This document shows positions 36,440 through 48,952 of a stretch of DNA of 64,000 bases, in pieces (the first letter of the stretch is position 1; every line of letters starts with the position of its first letter). A program made the translations under genes and the position numbers. The stretch is from contig NW_024704743.1 of assembly GCF_018977255.1 (NCBI RefSeq), positions 6,698,001 to 6,762,000 on the forward strand. Direction: 5' to 3'. The stretch comes from Callorhinchus milii (Eukaryota). The notes beneath the pieces were generated by a model. It did not search any database. It worked only from the letters and a program-made list of their open reading frames with translations, and was not told the origin of the DNA.

Positions 36440-36638
36440 TCAAAAACAAAACAATAATAAATTGTTCATTTTCAATCCACGACTGTTTGTGGGACATTGC
36501 TGTGCGCAATTGGCTGCCGCGTTCGCCCACAAATATACAGTCAATTCACTTTACAGTCTATTCTGTGAAGCGCTTTGGGATGTACTCCCGACGTGAAAAG
36601 CGCTATATCAAATGCAAGGATTACTATTATTATTATTA
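36440..36638 (+). mobile_element. 3' half of young SINE
   Basis: Same body and tail, giving the same spurious MWDIAVRNW...KCKDYYYY ORF as 120..341 and 57344..57535. Confidence 0.9.
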
Positions 36639-37319
36639 TGCGGCAGAATTGTCCCTCTGTGGATTACTGGGGACGGTGGAGTTTGCAGCAGTAACTATAA
36701 TTCACACTCGGTTACAGTCTCAGACAGTTGTTGGTTGGAGCCCGACACCAGGACGTCAGGCTGGTATTCTCGTGCAATGCCAAGGGCAGTGATGCTTTGC
36801 CACAAAACCTTTCCAAAGAAGTGCAGAGTTTGCCAGTATTGTGTCCCGGCCAATATTTCTCCTCCAGCCTAAAATTTCATTCTTCATCTGTAGATCTGCA
36901 GCTCGTGAAAACAATGAGGAGGAATGGTCTGTACAGAGAGGCATCACTAAACTAACACTAAACTAACTCTTACCAGGTATCCCTCCATCTCACTTTCAAA
37001 GATCTCAGCCTATTCTGCTTTATGGAGTCTGCGGCAGAATATTCCCCTTTTTCTCACAACTGTGTGAAACAGTGTTGTCGAACTTAATTTTATATTCTGT
37101 CCCCTGTTTTAGACTCCTCTTCCAGAGGAAAGAATCAAAGTTTATGATAACTTGAGAAGTTGCCAGTGATAACAACCTGCTTTACTCTTTGAGTGGGAGA
37201 CTTAGTCAACAGTGACAGCTTAAGCTTCAAAATGCGGGAAGATAAATCAAACAAACCATCATTTAACGATACCAAAACAGAATTATTGGGAAAATTAGAA
37301 TTAATTTTTTTCTCCATTA

Positions 37320-38200
37320 GGAAATAAAAGCTGAAGGCGTTTTGTCAGTTGAAGACAAAACTGGCTCAGATAGTGTATTGTGAAAAAAGTTTGTTTGCTC
37401 CCAAAACAAGTTTTTTTAAAAACAAATCCTGACATCTTTAAATAAAAATTGCCTTTGTCAATAAACACCCATGTTATATTTCAACTACAGTTACTTCCAC
37501 CACAGACAAATTGCACTGCTTTTCTAAGGATTAGGACTTAATCAACTCATTCTTGAACATAATTTTAAACTAATTCAAATAATTGACTGTATTTGAAGAC
37601 ATATTTTGCACTGACCCTTATTAATGCAGGATTTGAATAAGATTCGGAAGATTTAAGATTTAATAAAAGCCTGGGTTCTGATGGTTTGTCTGGTGATTTT
37701 TACAGTCTTTGGGGATCTCTTAAAACACTTTCAATTAATGCACTTTGTGGAAAGAATTCTGGAATGTGAACTGAACAACATTTAAGAAATAGGTTATTAG
37801 GAAAAAATGTCAGACTGAATCCAAAACCAGATAAGAGTCAAAAGGCATTCAAAACCACGGTGCAATTAATTTATTTAATAAGAATAAAATCTTAGGTAAG
37901 AAATGAAAACCATCTTGACCAAGTGACTGGATATCAACAATCATTTATTGAAAACAGACATCAACAATAATGTCAGAATATTTGATGATGCTCTGGGTTA
38001 CAATTACTTAGTGGATTAGAAGGATTACATTCTTTTCCTGGATTTCACAAAGATTGAATTCATTGGAGCACAAATGTTATTGAAATTTGTATCCAGACGT
38101 GGCTTCAGGGAACGTTTTATAAGTGCTACGAAAACATTGTGCCCAGACTGCAATACTTGTGTTGTTTTCACGAGAGCATCTGACAATAGGGACTAGATAA
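37320..38200 (+). mobile_element. Highly decayed L1/Tx1-clade ORF2 relic
   Basis: Frameshifted traces of KAEGAF.RSR..W, NKS.GSDGLSGDFY...W, ILFLDF.K...S.EH and GF.E.FI.A.KTL. Confidence 0.65.
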
Positions 38201-39224
38201 AACGAGCAATTCTGTGTTCCCTTTCATTAGAGTAATAACTTTGCATAAAATTATTTTCATCAATAAAGTGGTCCAACGGGGATCTATTGCTATTTAATGA
38301 TAACATCTCCCTGACACCTCTTCTCTTTTCTAACATGTAGATGTCAATAACATTTGGAGGGTTTTCATTGTATTGGATAGCTCTTTTAAAAGAGCCGGCA
38401 TAGACACGATGGGCCGAATGGCCTCCTTCTGTGCTGTATAGTTCTATGATTCTATGATCTCAATCTTAAGTACGAAAGCGCAATCAAAGAGATAGGTCTT
38501 TAGGGATATGAAAGCAAAAAGAGAGGCGTGAGGAGGAGGAGGAGGAGGAGGGATTTTCAATGAGTCTTAAGAGTGGAGACTAAGCACTTGAAAGCTCATC
38601 CGCCGATGCTATAAAAGTTGGTGGAAGAAGCATAGACCCAGGACATCACAGTGATAAAGTGTGCTAAGGTCATGGAGGGAATTGTAAAAATGTGGAAGTC
38701 ATGAAAGCACGGATGAGGGATTTTGGTCACATTGGCGACGAGATAGTAGTGGAGGCAAACAATATTGTGGAGTTGGAGGAAAGAGCACTTGGTCAGAACC
38801 CAGATGAAAGGTATGAATGAAGGCAGTTGAGAGACAAACAAAATGCCAAGATTACACACAGCCTCTGTGAGCTGGAGTGAGCAACCGCGAAAGTTGAAGC
38901 AGAAAAGTCGAGTTGGGAATCGTCTTCACACGTGGAAGTGTGATGATGGTTTTGCTGATGTCATGCATTGACAACTCAGGAAGACATTGGAAGCAGATAT
39001 AATAATTAAAACATGTGTCATATGGCTGCTTGTGCACTTAAAAATTGTGCTAATGAGATTTGTTCGAAGTAGATGCCATAAGTTTACCAGGGTCAAATTT
39101 ACAGCACTGCACAGCACGTTCTATTCCTTTCTAAGGGTTTTGAAATACCCTTAATTTGAGTTAGGCTATTCACTTGTATTGTGGAATGGCTTAAGATATT
39201 TTTACGTGATAATGTACTATAAAT

Positions 39225-40374
39225 ATGTGAATTTTGCTTCTTAATTTGACACAGTTGACCACGGCAACCTCATCCAAAGCCTCTCCTCCCTCATCCACCC
39301 GCGGGACCACACGAGTATGGTTTGAGTCCTTCCTAATAATCCGCCTTCACTTTACTTTCTCAAACGGTTTCTCCATCTTCCCTGCCCGGTCACCTGTGGT
39401 GTACTCCAGGGTCCCATCCTTGGCCCCCTCCTCTGCCTCATCTATACGCTCCCGCTTGGCGATGTCTTCCGCAGACATGGGGTAAACTTCCACATGTATG
39501 CGGATGACACACAAATCTACTTTGCCTCATCCAGCTGTGACTCCAGGTCCGCCAATGTTCTCTCTGCTTGTCTGGCGGACATCAAGGGCTGGATGAGCAA
39601 AAACTTCCTACAACTGAATGTTGACAAGCCATACATTTTCTATCCTGCGGCTCTGACTTTCTCAACCTCACCGGCCTATCCCTCAGACTTACCGAACCAG
39701 TGCACAACCTAGGTGTCATGTTTGACCCACAGCTATCCTTCCTTCCCCACATCTGGTCCCTGAACAGGACCACCTTCCTCCACCTCTGTCACATTGCCCG
39801 CCTCTGACTGTATCTTAACCAGACACAGCCAAGATATTCATCCATGTGTTTGTCACCTCCTGACTCAATTTCTCAAATGCCCACTTTGCCAGTCTCCCCA
39901 ACTCCATCATACACAGGATCCAACTGATCCAAAATGCCACCACCCGCATACTCACTGTACAAAACTCAGCACCCAATCACAATAGTTCGAGCCAGGCTCC
40001 AGGGCTCCCTGTCGCCGAAAGGATTGATTTCAAGATCCTCATACTCGTTTGCAAATCCCTTCAAGCCCTGGCACCACACAACCTGCTTATCCCCTGACCC
40101 ACTGCCTCCTCGACTGGCTCTGGCCTTCTGCATATCCCTCCTGCCCTCTGTTCCACCATTCCACTATGCCCTGAAACTCTGGAACACTCTTCCTCTATCC
40201 CTTCACCTTGCACCTTCCTTCCCCATCTTCAGGTTGCACTTGAAGACCTTCCTATTCCACTGTGCCTATGGTAATCTCCCTTCCCACCCACTTGGGAGAC
40301 GTGCTCTGCCACTTTCAAGCGCTCTGGGACACTACCCTACGTGAAGGGCACTGTATAAATGCAAGTTGTTGTTA
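39225..40374 (+). mobile_element. L2 LINE 3' fragment with RT catalytic motif
   Basis: QGPILGPLL and MYADDTQIY (39494), NFLQLNVDK. L2 tail ends ATAAATGCAAGTTGTTG. Confidence 0.92.
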
Positions 40375-40919
40375 GTGAAAGCTCAGACTGTGCGCAGAAC
40401 CTGCTTTCCATCCAGTGAGGGATCAAACATGCACTTGTCAGATGTTGAATGACCAACTAGTAACTATCCTCCTGAGAGGTGATCGAGGAGAAGGTCAGTG
40501 AGGTCTCCCTGGCACAGATCTGGCTCCAATGCAATCTGCTTGAAAACAGAATGTCAGAATCGAGTCAATCCTCTGTGGTAATATCAGTAGTGCGGTACCT
40601 GAGGCAGATGAGTGATAGATCCGCAGTACACTGTTGATGACAAACAAGCCAACCTGGCTCATGGTTAAAACTTGGAAGGGCAGCCAGTTCCTGGGGTAGG
40701 AATTCTTCCCGTTCAGCTCCTGTTAACCTGAACCCTGAAGCCTTAATGGTTAGGGACTCTTTATTAAGCTCAGGAAGCTTGCTGGGCAGTGGACTCAATG
40801 GCAAGCTATTGACTTTTAGCTGGTTAAACTCCAGCAGTGTGTGAAGGGCGCTACGTAAATGTAAGTAGTTGTTGTTGCTGTGTTGATGTTGCTGATATAA
40901 AAAGCATGCTTTGATTGCC

Positions 40920-41886
40920 TGTTAAAGGTAATACAAGTCAAGATTTTAATATTTATAGATACTGCAGAAACAGTTCAAATCCACTTAAGATTGCACATTA
41001 CGATTCAACAACTTTCTCTTCGAGATGCTCGACATATAAGAAGCACCTAAACCTCACACTAAAACACCACACTGAAACGGAGTTTGGTAAATTATTAATT
41101 TGGAGTACATGGGATTTAAAACAGATGCATATAAGTTGAATAGTTTTGAGTTGAGAAATTATCAGGATATAATAAAACTTGAATGTACATAACCATCGCA
41201 TCCCACCAGTCAAAATACAGTTACAGTGCACTGCTCATGGCATTATCAGCACAAATTAGTGAGGTAAATTTACATGGAATGTCGAGCATGATTTAATACC
41301 AGGTTTCATATACCTAATAACAACCAATACCATTAACACACACTTAATCACATCGTTAACATGGCAAAAACTTAAAAGTTTCCAATTTTCTTCTAATGTA
41401 GTGTTTCTCATACGATTTCCTCTGTACAAGACACATGAACCTCCAGCTGATGTCTGCCATCACATGACTTATGAATGCTTCCTGCCTCCATGTACTTTCT
41501 TCATCAGCAATTTGAACCATATATTCTCTAATTTAAAACTAATACCACCCATAATTTACTAAAATACACTTAAGATTTCAGAGTTTTAAAAAATAATATC
41601 CCTGTCACCACAGAAGACAATCTACAAGTTTGAACATCAGTAGTAAAAACAGAAAGTGTCTACATATATTCCCCAAGTACTGAAACTGTTTTAGCACTGC
41701 TCCTTTCAGGTAGATAAAAGCTCATGATTAGCAGAAGCAACATGGTTTGCTATTGGACATTAAAAGTGCAAAAAAAAGTGGCAATGTTTTACTTCAAAGC
41801 ACTGTCCACTCTTCTGGGAATGATCATGAATATTAGAGGTTTAAAAACAATGTCCAGTTATATTATTATGATTCCCTTTTATAGTT
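40920..41886 (-). other. MPP7: Probable MPP7 3' UTR
   Basis: About 1 kb of AT-rich sequence with no recognisable repeats, directly after the stop codon. Candidate ATTAAA signals on the minus strand at 41292-41297 and 40945-40950. The true end cannot be determined from sequence. Confidence 0.45.
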
Positions 41887-42066
41887 TTATGAATGTAGCC
41901 AGTTGATTGGAATCCAGAAAGCGTCCGACTCCAGGTGGCCTAATGTAGATTTGAGCTCATTATATGCAGTAGAAAGGTCACCGTTTATTAGAATTTTGTC
42001 AAAGAGATGCGAGTGTTGGGCTTCGATCAACTCTGCAGATCTGATCATTTCCTGAAAGTCGTCTTC
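41887..42066 (-). CDS. MPP7: MPP7 terminal coding exon (180 bp including TAA): [59 protein letters not shown]
   Basis: ctttaatcgcag|GAAGACGAC...CATTCATAA. The C-terminal W.P..W motif of MAGUK GK domains and the ending WLHS match MPP7. Confidence 0.96.
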   Translation of the reverse strand, partial: EDDFQEMIRSAELIEAQHSHLFDKILINGDLSTAYNELKSTLGHLESDAFWIPINWLHS

Positions 42067-42784
42067 CTGCGATTAAAGCAAAAGCATAAATGAGATCCCC
42101 AGAGTAACATTCCCTAAGTGCAGATACCAAAATCAATCACATTTATTGCACGTTTTTGACCATCACAACAGCTACAACAACAACAAGATTCCATTTATAG
42201 AGCGCCTTTCACGTCAGGAGGACGTCCCAAGGCGCTGCACAGTTGGGTCATGACCCGAGCAGGGGGGAAATGGTCAGGGTGAGGGGAGGGAAGGGAGGGA
42301 GAGAGGAGGGGGGAAATGGTCAGGGTGAGGGGAGGGAAGGGAGGGAGCGAGGAGGAGGAAGAGAGTCGAGAGGGGAGCTGAAGGCTCGGTCAAAGAGAAA
42401 AGAGCTACTGGAACATGCCAATTTAGAATTTTTCTCCTCTTCAGTAGAAAACAATTGAGGCAAAAAAAAATTGCAAAATTGTTTCAAGAAGAAAACATGG
42501 CATTAGGCAAAGTAATTCCTCTTATCTAGTGAGGGATGCGCTCATTAATGAACATAGTTAAAACAAGGAATGCTTTAAAATCACTGTACATTTATCCCTA
42601 AAATTCGAATCTCACTAGAAACATGCACTCCTTAAAATTGAATGCTGGATGGGATCACCATAAAAAAATGTTGTGTTCTGTCAGTTACTTCAACAGAAAT
42701 TTTCTCAGATATACTTGAAAACTGTACTCACCCAAACAGCCTCAAATCCAGTAAATTTCAAAGTACATAAACTGTAAAACATAC

Positions 42785-42928
42785 CGCAAATGGTTTAGAG
42801 GAGCCTTTATCATCTTTACTTGAAATGATTTTTCCATTCTTCCTGGTTTCACGAAGATGTTCAAGTGACGGTGGCTTGATGAATATCACATATGGTTTAA
42901 ATTCCGACGTCCTCAGATGTTTTATTGT
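42785..42928 (-). CDS. MPP7: MPP7 exon (144 bp): [48 protein letters not shown]
   Basis: ttaattacag|ACAATAAAA...TTTGCG|gtatgt. Phase 0-0. [12 protein letters not shown] motif typical of MPP7. Confidence 0.96.
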
Positions 42929-43199
42929 CTGTAATTAAGTGGTGTGAATTTGTTTTATGCTTCAACAGATATCTAGTTGCAAATGCACAATGAAACCTAT
43001 ATTGCATTGAATGTGTTAGTAATAAATGGATTGCATAGTCTATACTCTCACCAGTTTATCAAATATTTTCCATGCTCGCTATTTACAAGCATTTGTAAAA
43101 AAAAACTTTAGAAGCAAGTCAGTTGGAAAACTAAGTCAATTGAAGTAATGAGAATTTCCTTCACCATTAATACTTGCATTTGGAGATACATTACTTGCA

Positions 43200-44500
43200 T
43201 TACTCCTGTTTTAACAAAGGTAACAAAAGTGACCCAGGAAACGACAGACCAGTAAGTTTAACTTTTGGGTAAAATTATGGAGATTCTTATTAAGGATAAA
43301 ATCACGGAGCATCTGGATAGAAATAAAATCATAAATGATAGCCAATATGGATTCATGAAGGGGAGGTCTTGCCAATCTAATTTACTGGTTTTCTTAGACG
43401 GTGTGACAAGGGAACTTGACAAAGGTAATGTTGTGGCTGTTGTATATCTGGATTTCAGTAAGGCTTTTGATACAGTTCCTCTTGAGAGGCTGGTACCGAA
43501 AGTAAAGAAAGCAGGAATCAGTGGAGGTATATTACACTGGATACGCAACTGATTGACCAGACGAACCCAGAGGGTAGTGGTACAGGGAATATCATCAGAC
43601 TGGAATTTTTTTTTACCAGTGAAGCTCCATAAGGGTCTGTTTTGGGACCTCTTTTGTTTAATATTTTTATGAGTGATCTGGAACCAGGAGTTACAAGCAC
43701 AGTGGCTAAGTTTGCAGATGGCACCAAGCTAATGAAGATAGTAGATTGCAAAGCTGAACAAGAGAAATTACGGGAGGATTTGAACATACTTGGGAATTGG
43801 GCAGATGAAATTCAATGTGGAGAAATATAAAGTACTTCGCATGGGGATACAAAATACAGCAAGGGACTATTACTTGAATGGAACAAAAATAATATGCATG
43901 AAAAATGAGAACAACAAGATTACATTTGTATAGCGCCTTTCACGTTGGGAGGACGTCCCAAGGCACTGGACAATCAGTGCTTTGGGCCCGAGCTGGAGAT
44001 CGGGATCAGGGAGAGTGGAGGGCAGGGGGGGAAGGAGGGTGACCGAAGGCAAGGTCAAAGAGTGTCTTGAGACGGGTCTTGAAGGAGGCAAGGGAGGGGG
44101 TGAGGCGGAGGGATTGCGGGATGGAATTACAGAGGGTGGGGGCAAAATGGATGAATGGTGGATGAATTGCCCTTCATCCACCAATTCATCTATGAGGAGT
44201 GACCAAGTAAATTGGGCATGTTCACGCTGGAAAAGAGAAGATTGAGAGGCGATATGATTGCTATTTTTAAGATTCTAAAGGGGTAAGACAATGTAGATCA
44301 TGACAGGCTGTTTCAACTAGTCCTGAATAGTAAAACCAAAGGATATGGTCTGTGATTGCGGGGGGGGGGGGGGGGTAAATTCAGAACAAACCTTTGAAAA
44401 TAGGCTCCCTAGGGATATGGTTGAAGCAGGAAGTATTTATTCCTTCAAACACAGATTAGATCGTTTTCTTGTAGGAATAACATTATGGGATATAGTACAT
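43200..44500 (+). mobile_element. CR1 LINE fragment interrupted by an antisense L2 3' end (about 43908-44150) and internally deleted
   Basis: ORFs contain SQYGFMKGRSCQSNLLVF, YLDFSKAFDTVP, GPLLFNIF and KFADGTKL. CR1 resumes near 44200 (LEKRRLRGDMI-like). Confidence 0.9.
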
Positions 44501-45076
44501 AGGTAGTTTGGATCATATGTGCATGACTTTGGTCCTTTTTTCGTCCAGCATTTCTGTTCTTGTGAAATGCCTAATAGATAGATCAGAGTGTTTTCTACTT
44601 GTTCCTTCTCTACTGAAAGCTGTAGCTCAGTAGAAATACAGGAAGTGAAAGCTCAGTATCTCACCAATATGGTTATTTTTCAATGTATGAGCCTAAACAC
44701 CTCAGTTCAGGCCCACACTCAACACTTCGATGTGCTATGCTGGACAATGTGACAGTGATTATAACCTTCCACTATAGGCCACATGGTAAACAGACAGCAA
44801 AATTAATTTCCAATGCAACAAGGAGCCAGGAAAATACCTTTTGGTGCCTGAACGATTCTTGAAGAGACTGAACCACTCAACAGTCAGACTTGTTGGTGCT
44901 GGGAAACCCATATATACCCTGGAAATCAGATGGCTGAGTTGCATTCATTCACAAACTTCATGGAAATTAGGCTTGATGGGCCAAAAGGCCTAATCATTTG
45001 CTTAATTTATATGAAGATAAAATGATATAGAAATTTCTACAGGTATCATACACAGAAACAAAATGCTATGGTCTAG

Positions 45077-45401
45077 AATAATAATAATAATAATCCTTGC
45101 ATTTGATATAGCGCTTTTCACGTCGGGAGGACGTCCCAAAGTGCTTCACAGAACACACTGTAAAGTGAACTGATTGTATATTTGTGGGCGAACGCGACAG
45201 CCAATTGCGCACAGCAATGTCCCACAAACAGTCGTAGATTGAAAATGACCAATTTAATTATTGTTTGGGGTTTTTGGAGGGATTATTATTAGGCGTGTGG
45301 AGTAAGGAAACTTGCCCAAGGTTTTGCCCTCTGCCTGGAATTGAACTCAGGTTTCTCACTTGCAAAGCGAGTGCTCTAACCACTGAGCTACAGGACTCCA
45401 C
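45077..45401 (-). mobile_element. Full-length young SINE, short subfamily
   Basis: Nearly identical to 12616-12947. Confidence 0.93.
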
Positions 45402-48251
45402 AAAGAAGACAACACATCACCTCTACAGGCTGTACATAGGATTTTTTTTTAGCAACAGGGAAAGCCGTTAAACCAGAAACCCCTTCCTATTCTGAACTGG
45501 ATGAAGGGTTACAAGCGTAAGGTGGTCTTTTACTATTCAGATGTTAATTAAGATGTTGTACATTTCTTGTATTTTCTGTTTTTGTTTCAACTTTCCATTA
45601 TTCAGTTTTTCATTTAATCCCAACCTACTTGGCTTCTCACCATATCCCTTAATCCCTTCTCTCCCCAGAAGCTTGTCTAACTGCATCTTGGATCCATATA
45701 TTTCTGTCCACTTCAATTATCTTTCCTGCTAATATATTCCACATTTCTATTATACAAGTATCAAACTTTCATGTTAAAAGAATGTTAACCCAATTTCTGT
45801 CCCTAGATATAACTTCCCTTTTAACTTGTGTCTCTTGTTATTGAAGCATTTGGCACAGTGAACAATTTGCTTGCATGAACACATTTCATAATCCTGAAAA
45901 TAAAAACCCAAGTGCCTGGTGTCATCTTGGTTCAGGTGGTAGCATTCTTGCCTCGAGTCAGAAGGTTGTTGGACTTTGAGCTTAGTCTAGGCTGGCACTT
46001 CAGTGCAGTGCTGGGGGAGCTATGCAATGTCAGAGGTGGCGTCCTTCAGACATTAAACCAAGGTCCCATTTGCCAATTCAAGTGAACATTAAAGAACCCA
46101 TGACACTATTCGAGAAGGAAGTTTCTGGTGTCAACAATTCTCCAGATAAAATTGGTCATTCACTTCCTTGCTGTTTGTGAGTTATTGCATTGGTTGCTTC
46201 CTTTCCGATCTACAAACACCCCACTCCTCTAACTGCTCCATTCACTCGGCTGTCTTGAGCCTTCTGCAAGTCCTTTGAGACTTCTGCTCTATCTTCGGCG
46301 ACTGTGCTTTCAGCCATTTTGCTGAAATTCCTGACCCTCTGGAAATCCCTGTTGCAATCTCTACTCCTTACCCCCTCTTTAGATCACATGTAACAGACTT
46401 TTCTCTTCAACGGTGTCTAAGGTCACCTCCCCTTTCTCCCCGACAGTCAGATGAAGCTTGGTGTCAAAACTATGCCATTGTTAAGTGCTCCAAGACGCTA
46501 CCCAGCGTGAAGAATTCTATATAAATGAAAGTTGTTGTACGTTCGCCTATAAATGCACAATCATTAAATGCCACAAAAAATCCTGTGAAGCACTTTGATA
46601 CGATGCAACAGTACAATATAAATTTACATTTATGTAGCCAATGGTGCTGTATAAATGGGACTTCTAAAGGCGCTTAACAATACTGACTTGGCACCCAAGG
46701 TGAGGATGGTAGATGATGTGATAAGACACTACATAAAGGATTATTATTATTAATAGTGATATTTAAGTAATGTGCACCATCATACCAATTATCTAGAGCA
46801 ATTGTAGAGTTTAATAGCTTAGAAGCGGTGACCCTAGGTTAGATAAAGTATGTAGATGCTACGTGAGCAAGAACAATTCAACTCTGGCTCATCCCAAAAT
46901 GACGTGTGCATGCACATTTTGTGTTGGAAAGCCAATGCCACACAAAAATCATAATTTGCCAAGTTATTCAGGGCTATATTAGCAAAATGTTTACAGTTAA
47001 AAAGCCAAGTCCGAGTCTTTCAATGTGTCTCCAAAGTGATGTAATCACTGGACCATACGTAATAAAGAAATGTTCCCAAAAATCTACAGTATTTGGAGGA
47101 CATTTTCCACAGTGTTCATTCTATTCCAGGCAGTGACCTAAACCACTAATGGTCAATAATACAAGTCCTGCAGTAGTCAGGTAGCTGAGTGGTCTAAGTC
47201 TAAGCCTTAAGGCTGCAATGTCAGAAATAAAAGTGTACAATTATTGTCTAAGACATTAATAGTGTATGTTTTACATGGATTTAATTACAGTACACAATCA
47301 GGCTGATTTGTATCTAGTATTTTAAGGGGAATTGCTGAGTTCTGTTTTTCATAAGCCATTGAAGATTTCATAAGCCATCGATGGGTAAGATCAATTGCGC
47401 CAAAGAGCTATCTTTATCCAAAATTAATTTATGATCAAATTAAACTGAAGTTTGATCCACTCAGTTGAGAAAAGGTAATGCAGAGGCCAGCTTCCTGGAT
47501 GTGCCACACTATCCTTTGGTAAGATGGTGGTTACTTCCAACACTTTCAATGAACAAGTCTCCAGTCATCACAGAGCATAGCCACAAAGAGAGAAGCATAA
47601 AAGAGGGAGGAAGCTAAGGGAATGCAACTTTCAGCTAGACTTGCTCAACCGATAATTTGCAGATATTTTAAGAGGAGCTTTGAAGAGGAAATATGGCCAA
47701 GAAGTAATAATAATTAAATAATCCCTGCATTTAATATAATGCTGTTCATGATGGGAAGCCATCACAAGGCGCTTGACAGGATTTACTGTAAAGTACAAAA
47801 GGTGCAGAGTACCTAAAATAAGTGACAGAAATTGGAGGGAAGAGAGGAAATATTATTTTAGTTCAGAGGACACCATTTGTTCATTTGCTCAGCAGCAACA
47901 GATCATTTTCTTGAAAAGAAACAAATGTAAGTGTATGACTATATAGACAAACATTTGATCCTTCCAGGGAAGATTTTCCTAACACCGCAAACTGAACAGT
48001 CTCATTTTGTTCCTGAGGCTGAAGCAGCCGCAGGAAAATTTAAACTCTATTTACCCTAATGTGTTCCGTACCAACCGCTGCAAGTCACATTGGAGTCTCC
48101 AAACCAAAATATTAATGAAAACATGAAAATGAAAATGATTTAACTTTTCCTCTATAAAAGTACAAGATAAATTAAAACTTGGCAGCTCTGAATTTTCTCG
48201 TAGACCTGACAAAGAACAGTTTTTTTTAAAAAAAGCTTTATAGTAACTTAC

Positions 48252-48360
48252 ATGACATTGTACATCCAACAGGCACACTTTGTTCTTGGCCAGCACAGAT
48301 CGAACAGAATCTAGGCTTGTTCCATACAAGTTGCTTTTGTATTCTCCATGTTCAATAAAC
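48252..48360 (-). CDS. MPP7: MPP7 exon (109 bp): (K)[36 protein letters not shown]
   Basis: ttttccag|GTTTATTGAA...TGTCAT|gtaagt. AA+G=Lys keeps the frame. FIE.GEY...YGT GK motif. Overlaps ORF 48051..48329. Confidence 0.96.
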
Positions 48361-48858
48361 CTGGAAAATTTTCAGAACAAAATTGGTTGACCTTTGACTT
48401 GTACTTTTTTGAAAAAGTCTAGTCCCACTGAAAACCTGAAGCAATATATAAGGCACGTTGGAATTTCATGGTTATGAAATATATAGCTATGAAAGTGAAG
48501 TAAAGGGAATAAATTCAAATACAATCTGTAGTTTGAATAGAAGATACTTTGTGCTCAATAGGGAACATGCAGCCTATGCTCACACACTAACAATGGCTTC
48601 ATGGGTTGCATCAAATTATTTCCACTAGTTTCTCATTAGATTTTGAATCTGTGGCACCAATTTATGAGGTGAAGGATGGGCGATGCCAAGTTTAATAATT
48701 CGATAACAGAATACAGCAGTATCATTTGACTCCCTGAATGACTTGACTATCCGTTTTCCCAAGTAACCCATTGTTCAAGTATTCCAATACTTTTCATCAC
48801 TATCTGAAACTTTCCAGATGTGCTGGCATGAAACATGATGTGCCATTTTTCAACTTAC

Positions 48859-48952
48859 TTGTTATTTTGTACATCTGTCTCAAACAAGTGCTTGGAAGTG
48901 AAATGATATTCCACTCCGTCAGTCTCCTGGCTTCTCTTTGGCCTCGTTGTAT
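48859..48952 (-). CDS. MPP7: MPP7 exon (94 bp): (H)[30 protein letters not shown](K)
   Basis: atccacag|ATACAACG...AATAACAA|gtaagt. Phase 1 start joins the previous exon (C+AT=His). Contains the GK TTR and DGVEY.F motifs. Confidence 0.96.

Noticed and set aside
42260..42345. Purine-rich 46-bp duplication giving a Gly/Arg/Glu-rich ORF (42243..42458)
   Set aside because: Local slippage inside an antisense L2 3' fragment in the last MPP7 intron.
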